Source: an uncultured archaeon
GTDB lineage: Archaea; Asgardarchaeota; Thorarchaeia; Thorarchaeales; CAZPUN01
Assembly: GCA_964589775.1 (NCBI GenBank)
Contig: CAZPUN010000029.1
Span: 1 to 12,699 of the forward strand
Length of the DNA: 12,699 nt
Direction: 5' to 3'
The translations under genes were made by a program, and so were the position numbers. This document shows, piece after piece, positions 1 to 6,755 of the stretch. The notes beneath the pieces were generated by a model that saw nothing but the letters and a program-made list of their open reading frames with translations, searched no databases and was not told where the DNA came from. The stretch's first letter is position 1. Each line of letters begins with the position of its first letter.

Positions 1-326
1 ATCTGACTTTCTGGAACTTGAAAATCAAATGAGACTGATTCAATGTTTGATTTTAACACTACCATATATGGTGCTTCGCCTTGTAACCATGCCATAAAGT
101 TTGAATAGTCCAATATATATACTGAGATTCTAGAATTTTCGGTTTCAACATTCGCTTCCAAATGATAAATATCACTGCTATTTAAGTAAATCTTTGCATA
201 ACCATAGCTGAGTGGTGGAATTTGAAGATTTTGATTTATTAGGATCTCATCTGCATTTGCGAAAATTGGATTTGTTATACTCATTATTATAAATACTATT
301 ATAATATACTTTTGATACCCTTTCAA
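1..326 (-). CDS. Secreted/surface protein, partial (runs off window start); not in the supplied ORF track
   Basis: Manual translation from TTG at 326, with a GGGGG RBS at about 334-338: MKGYQKYIIIVFIIMSITNPIFANADEILINQNLQIPPLSYGYAKIYLNSSDIYHLEANVETENSRISVYILDYSNFMAWLQGEAPYMVVLKSNIESVSFDFQVPESQ..., with no stop to base 1. Signal-peptide layout (basic N-region, hydrophobic core, ANA cleavage-like motif) followed by a beta-rich sequence with one NSS sequon. Confidence 0.85.
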   Translation of the reverse strand, partial: MKGYQKYIIIVFIIMSITNPIFANADEILINQNLQIPPLSYGYAKIYLNSSDIYHLEANVETENSRISVYILDYSNFMAWLQGEAPYMVVLKSNIESVSFDFQVPESQ

Positions 327-594
327 CGATAATCCCCCTTCTTAGTGGTGTTGTTATGCTTATGCTAGATATTTATAAATCTATTTATCAAAATTAAAAA
401 TGAGTATGCTGGATTTTTAATTTATATATTGCTTCATTTTACATTATTTCCTTTGAATCACTTTCATGAATTATCTAAGCATGAAATTAAGATATTAAAA
501 TTTTTTATTAATAATTAATCTAAAATATGATATATTTATTGATAATATAATTTTTAAATATTCATAACATATTTATTGATGTGGTGCTTATCGT

Positions 595-825
595 ATGTGT
601 TATACATTTTCTGTGAAAGTTCCCATGGAATTAATTGAAAAAGCTATGAAATACAATATTAATATTGATAAGGTCGTAAAGATAGCAATAGTTGAAGCAA
701 TTAAAAAACACGAGCGCGAAATATTATTAAAAAATATCATCGAAGTCAAAGAAGCATTTAAAAAATTAGATATGAGTACTGAAAAAATAGTTAAGATAGT
801 TCGGCAGGCCCGTGAGGAACGTTAA
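595..825 (+). CDS. Type II toxin-antitoxin antitoxin, archaeal VapB/CcdA-like ribbon-helix-helix protein
   Basis: 76 aa. N-terminal beta strand (TFSVKVP), then helices (ELIEKAMKYNIN.DKVVKIAIVEAI) and the C-terminal IVKIVRQAREER tail typical of archaeal VapB/CcdA-family antitoxins. GGTG RBS at 583-586. Confidence 0.75.
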   Translation: MCYTFSVKVPMELIEKAMKYNINIDKVVKIAIVEAIKKHEREILLKNIIEVKEAFKKLDMSTEKIVKIVRQAREER

Positions 826-827
826 TC

Positions 828-1001
828 ATGAATTCAGATCGGTTCATAATATTTCTTATAACTTCTTAAAAAATAGGATGTATATTATTAATAACTATAG
901 TAGAAACAAAGCAAATATCTTTTTCAGAGGTAGAATATTTTACTGTATCATCTATTACATTTAGTATAAAAAGTCACATTGTACAGAACCGGAGTGTTTT
1001 A
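828..1001 (+). pseudogene. Possible eroded vapC (PIN toxin) remnant
   Basis: ATG 2 nt after the antitoxin stop, where a toxin would be expected. The frame reads MNSDRFIIFLITS*KIGCILLITIVETKQISFSEVEYFTVS..., with TAA at 867-869. The second segment only loosely resembles the PIN IA...ISFYDASY motif. Confidence 0.25.
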
Positions 1002-1035
1002 ATGTATTTACATAAATTTTTAAGTGGTGAGAATA

Positions 1036-1524
1036 TTGAACACAATTACATACACACCGATTGGTATAATTCATTCACCGTTTAAGGAGCCAAAAGGTGT
1101 TCCAATTCAGCCTGCGGGTGCGGAAGGTATTTCTGGAACTGTTGAATTACTTCCCGAATATGTTGAGGGTCTAAAAGATCTTGAAGGCTTTTCACATATA
1201 CTCTTGTTATATCATTTTCATCTTGCCAAAAAGACTTCCCTATTAGTGAAGCCATACATGGATGATAACCCTCACGGGGTTTTTGCGACACGGTCACCGA
1301 GTAGACCGAATGCAATTGGGATTTCTATTGTACGTTTAAATAAGATTGAAGGAAACAGGCTTTACATTCGAGATGTTGACATTGTTGATGGGACACCGCT
1401 CTTAGATATCAAACCATATGTTCCGGAGTTTGACATACGTACCGTGGAGCGTTTTGGCTGGCTCGAAAAGAATGTATACAAGTTGCCAAAATCCAGAGAT
1501 GATGGGCGATTTGCGGACGTTTAA
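1036..1524 (+). CDS. trmO: tRNA (N6-threonylcarbamoyladenosine(37)-N6)-methyltransferase TrmO / TsaA-like (YaeB/AF0241 family)
   Basis: Motifs PIGIIHSPF, GLKDLEGFSHI, GVFATRSPSRPNAIG and DGTPLLDIKPY. Start moved from GTG 1024 to TTG 1036 because the GGTGA RBS lies at 1026-1030. Confidence 0.92.
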   Translation: MNTITYTPIGIIHSPFKEPKGVPIQPAGAEGISGTVELLPEYVEGLKDLEGFSHILLLYHFHLAKKTSLLVKPYMDDNPHGVFATRSPSRPNAIGISIVRLNKIEGNRLYIRDVDIVDGTPLLDIKPYVPEFDIRTVERFGWLEKNVYKLPKSRDDGRFADV

Positions 1525-1556
1525 TCAAAGTTTGTGAAAATATAAGGAAAATTGGT

Positions 1557-2027
1557 TTATTGAGTTAATTCAATTAACTTTTTTAGAACTGCCTCTGCAT
1601 GTCCTTTCACGCGTACCTTTCGCCAAGCATATGCGATCTTTCCTTCAGGGTCAATAAGAAATGTTGAACGCACAACACCCATGTATTCACGTCCATACAT
1701 CTTCTTGAGCTGCCACGCTCCATATTGTTCTAAGACCTTGTGCTCGGTATCACTGAGTAGAAGAACTTTCAGTTCATGCTTCATGATGAATGATAAGTGT
1801 TTCTTGGGGGGATCTGGGCTAATGCCAATAATCACTGCGTTATTTTTCTCGAATTCCTCTAGAAGCGTTGTAAAGTCTTTTGCTTCTCGCGTGCAGCCCG
1901 ATGTATTATCCTTCGGATAGAAATAAAGTACAATCCATTTTCCTCTAAAATCTTCCAAGCATACTTGTTTCTCATCCTTATCTGGAAGGCAAAAATTAAT
2001 TGCTTCATCGCCTATTTCAACTGTCAT
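1557..2027 (-). CDS. bcp: Peroxiredoxin, BCP/PrxQ family
   Basis: KWIVLYFYPKDNTSGCTREA (PxxxTxxC peroxidatic motif), GISPD, RSTFLIDPEG and V.GHAEAVL. Likely start is ATG 2027 (MTVEIGD, 156 aa), because the longer 2135 start overlaps the divergent MFS gene. Confidence 0.95.
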   Translation of the reverse strand: MTVEIGDEAINFCLPDKDEKQVCLEDFRGKWIVLYFYPKDNTSGCTREAKDFTTLLEEFEKNNAVIIGISPDPPKKHLSFIMKHELKVLLLSDTEHKVLEQYGAWQLKKMYGREYMGVVRSTFLIDPEGKIAYAWRKVRVKGHAEAVLKKLIELTQ

Positions 2028-2114
2028 TTTTATCACTTCATAAAATATCTCAGAGAGATTTATATTTATGTTTTCATTAAATCTAAATCCGAAAAAATAA
2101 AGAGGAGTAAAAAT
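2028..2114. promoter_or_regulatory. Divergent promoter region for bcp and the MFS gene
   Basis: 87-bp spacer containing a TATA-like TTTATATTTA near 2059-2068 and a GAGGAG RBS at 2102-2107. Confidence 0.5.
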
Positions 2115-3449
2115 ATGAGTACTGAGGAAGTTCATAATTCTGAAACGGTATCAATGAAATACTTATTTGTCTTTACGATAGGTCTGGGCTTCTTTACAAC
2201 AGGAATTACATGGTCTTTATACGATAGTTATATTCCTGTATTCTTGCGAACATTTATTACTGGAGATCTGCAAAAGACGATCATTGGATTTATTATGGTT
2301 ATTGATAATATCGCCGCAATAACATTACAACCCTATATCGGTGCAAAATCCGACCACACATGGACCAAATGGGGACGGCGAATGCCATATATACTCGTTG
2401 GAGCACCGATGGCTGCTTTGTTCTTTGCGTTGATACCATTTACTTGGCTCTCGATGAGCTTTTGGCTGATGCTGGCATGTATTACTGTATTCAATATCTT
2501 TATGGCTATTTATAGAGCACCTGTGGTTGCTTTAATGCCAGATCTTGTGCCATCTGTCCACAGAAGTAAAGCAAACGGTATAATAAATCTAATGGGCGGA
2601 GTTGGTGCAATTTACGCTTTTCTTGTTGGTTCCTATCTATATGAGATCAAAGATCCGGGACTTGCTGCACTTTTTGGTGTGCCTGTTGAACATGTTGGAG
2701 CTGTCATTGCATTCTTATCAACATCAATTATCATGATTATTGCGATAATCCTACTATATGCCGCGATAAAAGAACCCGAGAAGCCGTATGAAGAATCTGA
2801 AGAAAAAGTCGGAGTTGTTCAAGCATTTCGTGAAGTTATCGGAAATAAGGATCGTTCAGCCCTTGCAATTCTACTCGCAATTATGTTCTGGTTCCTTGCG
2901 TATCAAACACTAAGTACATGGTTCACAACTTATGGTATCGAAGTGCTTCACATTACTGAATCGCAAGCATCACGTGCTCTGACGCCATTTGCCTTGACAT
3001 TCGTCTTATTCGCATTACCTGCAGGATTCATGGCAGGAAAACTTGGAAGAAAGAATACGATTCTTGTTGGACTTGTAGGTATCATAATAATGATGGGCAC
3101 GGTTTGGTTTACCTTTGATTACACTGTCTTGCTAATTGAATTAGGTATTGCTGGTATCTTCTGGGCAATGATCAATGTCAACAGTATTGTCATCGTATGG
3201 GAACTTGCCACAGGAAAGAAGCTTGGTGCCTACACGGGGCTCTATTATTTCTTCAGCAGTATTTCAGCAATATTTGGTCCTATACTTGCAGGAATGGTCT
3301 TTGATGTTCTAACAATTGGTGTAATGTTTCCATGGGCGATCTTTCTGTTTGTAATCGCATTGCTATTTACGCTCATGGTTCGAACCGGTGAAGCAGGCGA
3401 TGAGAAACTAGTTGAAGAAGCACTTGGAGAAGTCGATTTCGAAATGTAA
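2115..3449 (+). CDS. MFS transporter, SLC45/maltose-sucrose (GPH-like) sugar-uptake type
   Basis: About 12 hydrophobic segments, with QPYIGAKSDHTWTKWGRRMPYIL and P..ALMPDL....RSKANGIINLMG motifs and a second-half AGKLGRK loop. Start at ATG 2115 after the GAGGAG RBS (444 aa). Confidence 0.9.
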   Translation: MSTEEVHNSETVSMKYLFVFTIGLGFFTTGITWSLYDSYIPVFLRTFITGDLQKTIIGFIMVIDNIAAITLQPYIGAKSDHTWTKWGRRMPYILVGAPMAALFFALIPFTWLSMSFWLMLACITVFNIFMAIYRAPVVALMPDLVPSVHRSKANGIINLMGGVGAIYAFLVGSYLYEIKDPGLAALFGVPVEHVGAVIAFLSTSIIMIIAIILLYAAIKEPEKPYEESEEKVGVVQAFREVIGNKDRSALAILLAIMFWFLAYQTLSTWFTTYGIEVLHITESQASRALTPFALTFVLFALPAGFMAGKLGRKNTILVGLVGIIIMMGTVWFTFDYTVLLIELGIAGIFWAMINVNSIVIVWELATGKKLGAYTGLYYFFSSISAIFGPILAGMVFDVLTIGVMFPWAIFLFVIALLFTLMVRTGEAGDEKLVEEALGEVDFEM

Positions 3450-3473
3450 GAGTTTTATTAACTCTTCTTTTTT
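3448..3473 (+). terminator. Hairpin plus T-tract at the end of the MFS gene, between convergent genes
   Basis: AAGAGTT (3448-3454), loop TTATT, AACTCTT (3460-3466), then CTTTTTT. Confidence 0.55.
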
Positions 3474-3499
3474 ATTTGTATATATTTTGAATTTTGTTT

Positions 3500-4642
3500 T
3501 CATAATATTCCATATTTTCTAACTAATGTTTCAATGGACCTCTGCAGTTTCCAATCATTAGAACTGAGTAGTTTTTTAAATTTAATCTTAATATTTTCAT
3601 TAATAAATTGTTCACAATTGTTTGCAATCACTTCTGCTGCTGCTCGTTTTACATCATCATCTTTGTCATCTAAATATTGGGACAAAAATCTTGTTAGGTC
3701 CGTTTTATTCACTATGGAAACTTTCCCAATTGCCCTAATACTTGCGATTCTCACAAATTTATCGGAGGTCTCTAAAAGATTTTTAAGATCTTCAATTACC
3801 TTTTGATTGTTTGATTGATAAAAAATTTCGCCGAATGCTTTTATAACGAAATATCGTATGTTTTGAGAGTCTGACCATAATAATGGCTCTAACATATCCA
3901 ATACTTCTTGGCTATTTGTTTCTTTAAGAATTAATGTGATTGCTTCAATTATAGATTTTTTAATGGCAATTTCATCATCATTTATGTACTTTAATAATTC
4001 TTTTGCAATTTTGATGTTTTTACTTTTGGCAAATAAATACCCGATAGTCTCAATTACTGAAAGTCGTACGTATTTGTTTTCATGCTTCATTAATTTAATT
4101 AAGCGATTATAAACAGTCATTTGGTTGCTTGTGCCTTTAAAAATCCTAGTAATTGCTTTTACTGCACTATCTCTTACGAAAAGTGAACTGTTAAATAAAG
4201 AAAGTAATGGGTCTATTAGTTCTAGTCTACCTCTTTTTTCAAAAATTATGGATAACGTTTCTACTGCTGAGATTTGAACATACGTGTTATAGTAATAAAT
4301 GAGTGGTGTAATCTTTTCTATAGCTTTGTCTTCTAATTGGTCATTATCCTTGAAAATCTCAGCAATTGCTTTTACTGCACTCTCTCGAACTTCCCGATTG
4401 TAATTATAAAAAAGAATTTCTAGGCCATTTACTACTTTATCATTTCCAGTTCCATGAAATATATGACCTAATACCTTCGCGGCTTTACACCGTTCTAATA
4501 TTGACGAATTATTTAATAAAGGAAGTAATTTTGATAATGCATCATTTTTGTCCATATCAAGATATTCTCTAATAGTTTCCATGTTTTTTTCTCGCTTGAT
4601 GGTTAAATTGTAGTTATTTGCTCTCTTAATTTTTTGATCCAA
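3500..4642 (-). CDS. HEAT-like alpha-solenoid repeat protein (about 10 repeats of 34-37 aa)
   Basis: Recurring pattern L..L+....+.VR.SA+.AI..IF along the whole 380 aa. TTG start preceded by a GGTGAT RBS. An alternative start is ATG 4582. Confidence 0.9.
   Translation of the reverse strand: MDQKIKRANNYNLTIKREKNMETIREYLDMDKNDALSKLLPLLNNSSILERCKAAKVLGHIFHGTGNDKVVNGLEILFYNYNREVRESAVKAIAEIFKDNDQLEDKAIEKITPLIYYYNTYVQISAVETLSIIFEKRGRLELIDPLLSLFNSSLFVRDSAVKAITRIFKGTSNQMTVYNRLIKLMKHENKYVRLSVIETIGYLFAKSKNIKIAKELLKYINDDEIAIKKSIIEAITLILKETNSQEVLDMLEPLLWSDSQNIRYFVIKAFGEIFYQSNNQKVIEDLKNLLETSDKFVRIASIRAIGKVSIVNKTDLTRFLSQYLDDKDDDVKRAAAEVIANNCEQFINENIKIKFKKLLSSNDWKLQRSIETLVRKYGIL
4151..4381. repeat. 18-bp direct repeat inside the HEAT gene, copies 213 bp apart
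   Basis: AATTGCTTTTACTGCACT occurs at 4151-4168 and 4364-4381. Both copies encode SAVKAI. Confidence 0.9.
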
Positions 4643-4872
4643 TGTATCACCAGCAAAAATTAATCCTAAATTACGTAATTAACAATTTTTATTTGAGTAA
4701 AAATGTAAGTATGGCTTATAGTAATTTCAATTTAAACTTTAACATTCTATATCCTTTTCATAGGTCATTATCAAAATTAGCATTATTTTTCATATGAATT
4801 TTAGATGAACCGTTGAAACTTTACAATTTGTTCTTCTTTTATTTTTAAAAAATGTATAAAAAATAGTAATGA

Positions 4873-5169
4873 TTAATTTGTCTCTTCTGTAGATTTTGTA
4901 CTAGATTTTTTATTATTTAATTTTGGAATTGGTATATTATGTTTCTCAGCAAAATCATCTATAGCCGTTGAAACATCATTTACCATGTTATTCAATTCTG
5001 TAGTCAAATCTTCTGAAAAATCTTTTATCATCTTGTTATTATCTACGAAATCTCGTACTTGCTTTTCTGTAGTTTCCATATACTTTGTAAGAGTTGCATC
5101 CAACGCTTTTCCTTTTTCATCGACCACTTTCTTAATTCCAGATATTCCATCTTTAAGAAACTTTTTCAT
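4873..5169 (-). CDS. Hypothetical amphipathic alpha-helical protein (98 aa)
   Basis: GGAGAG RBS upstream of ATG 5169. Helical, charge-rich sequence with no TM segment, followed by a PIP break and a low-complexity tail. Confidence 0.8.
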   Translation of the reverse strand: MKKFLKDGISGIKKVVDEKGKALDATLTKYMETTEKQVRDFVDNNKMIKDFSEDLTTELNNMVNDVSTAIDDFAEKHNIPIPKLNNKKSSTKSTEETN

Positions 5170-5262
5170 AGCAAGCTCTCCTAATTTAAAATCTTATTTC
5201 TTTAATATTTAAATAGTATTTAAGTTCATTGTATAATGTATATCTAAAAAGGTGGTTTCTAA

Positions 5263-6399
5263 ATGAGTGAAACTATTACCTTTAAACTGAAATATCTTAC
5301 TTTATTTGTCCTGTTTAGTATAGCAGCACATTTTATGACAGATCTATTTCATTTTCCGATATATCTCGATAAAATTGGTATATTTCTTGCGGCATTAGTC
5401 TTAGGTCCATTTTATGCATTGCTTGCAGGAATCTTCTTAGGGCTTAGTGTAGCAAGCATAAATCCGTTTTGGGTTATTTTGTTTTTTATACCCGGCATTG
5501 TAGGTCTATTTTGGGGCTTTAGTCTCAAGAGCGGTTTAGAGCAATCAATGTTCAAACATGTACTATGGGCTATCATAGGCGGAGCATTATTTGCTGGGAT
5601 CTATTTTATCATGTTTTCACTGCTCATGTACAATCCTTTGGTTGAACATGTACTGCCATACACGCGTATATTCAATGAGTTTACTCTCCAGTTTATTGAT
5701 GCGATTATATGCTATTTTGTAGGGTTTCTCATTTATGTTGTTTATACAAATTATATCCATGTTGAGCAGAACAAAATGATCAAGATTCTTCCAATTATAT
5801 TCATTATAATTGGGGCTGCAATTACATTTCCTGCCAGATTTGGTGTTGTAGCTGAAGATACAATGTTGGTTCCCAATTTTCCTAAGCCTGCGGGATACAT
5901 TTTCACCAATGTCCGTATGGATGTTGTTTGGGCACCCTTAGGCCTTAGGGGTACAAATAACTACCTATATCCAGTTCAACGGTTCAATCGATCTGATCCC
6001 GGATATCAAGTATGGTTCGGCGTTTATTGGGTACAAGGAAGATATGGTATATATGGAGACCAATATGTGATGAACGAAATACTGGCATTTTCTATTCTTG
6101 ACCAAAATACATGGATAAGCTTACATGGATACCATACGCCAAAAACCACTGTTCATCATGTAGACGGTGTTGCATGGGGTACATTTGATGGATATCCTGC
6201 TCTATTTATGAATGGTAGCTATGATACCCAGTCTGATGTTTATCCATACGAGGATGTAACACTGCAGGGATTTCAGATCGTGCTGTATATTCCAAAACTA
6301 GATCGTACAGCAATAATTTATGCCTGCTCTACAATGGACAATTGGGGTGTCATGGGACCGGAGCTCTGGAATCTTGCGTATCAGCTCGATTTTCCATAA
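5263..6399 (+). CDS. ECF-type S-component-like membrane domain fused through an extra TM helix to a ~185-aa extracytoplasmic domain
   Basis: PIYLDKIGIFLAALVLGPFYALLAG matches the S-component P+YLD.+G.++AA.++GP..g.++G signature. About 6 TM segments, then a further TM (ILPIIFIIIGAAITF) and a soluble domain with NRS and NGS sequons. AGGTGG RBS at 5250-5255. Confidence 0.75.
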   Translation: MSETITFKLKYLTLFVLFSIAAHFMTDLFHFPIYLDKIGIFLAALVLGPFYALLAGIFLGLSVASINPFWVILFFIPGIVGLFWGFSLKSGLEQSMFKHVLWAIIGGALFAGIYFIMFSLLMYNPLVEHVLPYTRIFNEFTLQFIDAIICYFVGFLIYVVYTNYIHVEQNKMIKILPIIFIIIGAAITFPARFGVVAEDTMLVPNFPKPAGYIFTNVRMDVVWAPLGLRGTNNYLYPVQRFNRSDPGYQVWFGVYWVQGRYGIYGDQYVMNEILAFSILDQNTWISLHGYHTPKTTVHHVDGVAWGTFDGYPALFMNGSYDTQSDVYPYEDVTLQGFQIVLYIPKLDRTAIIYACSTMDNWGVMGPELWNLAYQLDFP

Positions 6400-6418
6400 G
6401 GTAATCAATACTAAAAGT

Positions 6419-6445
6419 GGGATTTTCTAATCCCTCCCTCTTTTT
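6419..6445 (+). terminator. Hairpin plus pyrimidine/T tract
   Basis: GGGATT (6419-6424), loop TTCT, AATCCC (6429-6434), then TCCCTCTTTTT, about 20 nt after the 6399 stop. Confidence 0.5.
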
Positions 6446-6502
6446 GTCATGGGCATTAATCCTAAAAGCATGTTTTTGTATTTGATATCTAGGCGAAAAA
6501 CG

Positions 6503-6748
6503 ATGAGACGTGAGCAAAATATTTTCTTACTTGGAATTATTATGTTCTTTCTGGGTGTATTTACTGTCTTAGTAATTGATTGGACGACAGGCGTATTGGT
6601 TATTGGAATTGCTATGGTTATTTTCCTTATGGGAATTTTGGTTACATGGATGCAACTGAAAAGCGCTGAAATGGTTCGAGACGCAATAGAGAAAGAGAAA
6701 GCAGCTCAAAAATCAAAGAAAAAGAAGAAATATAGAAAAGACAGATAG
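6503..6748 (+). CDS. Small two-TM membrane protein with a lysine-rich C-terminal tail
   Basis: From ATG 6503 (81 aa): two hydrophobic helices joined by a DWTTG turn, then a helical segment ending KSKKKKKYRKDR. The upstream start at 6449 abuts the terminator and is less likely. Confidence 0.75.
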   Translation: MRREQNIFLLGIIMFFLGVFTVLVIDWTTGVLVIGIAMVIFLMGILVTWMQLKSAEMVRDAIEKEKAAQKSKKKKKYRKDR

Positions 6749-6755
6749 ATTGAGA

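Noticed and set aside
464-834. TCATGAATT at 464-472 and 826-834 as a target-site duplication around the antitoxin
   Set aside because: A 9-bp match in very AT-rich DNA, with no terminal inverted repeats or transposase.
1082-1920. ORF-track entries 1082-1315 (-) and 1681-1920 (+)
   Set aside because: Antisense shadows inside trmO and bcp, with no recognisable motifs.
1965-2135. N-terminal extensions of the MFS (from 1965) and bcp (from 2135) ORFs
   Set aside because: They would make the divergent genes overlap head to head. Internal ATGs at 2115 and 2027 fit family length and RBS position.
3534-5212. ORFs 3534-3806, 4366-4572 and 4985-5212 (+)
   Set aside because: Antisense to the HEAT gene and the 98-aa gene, which have RBSs and coherent protein patterns.
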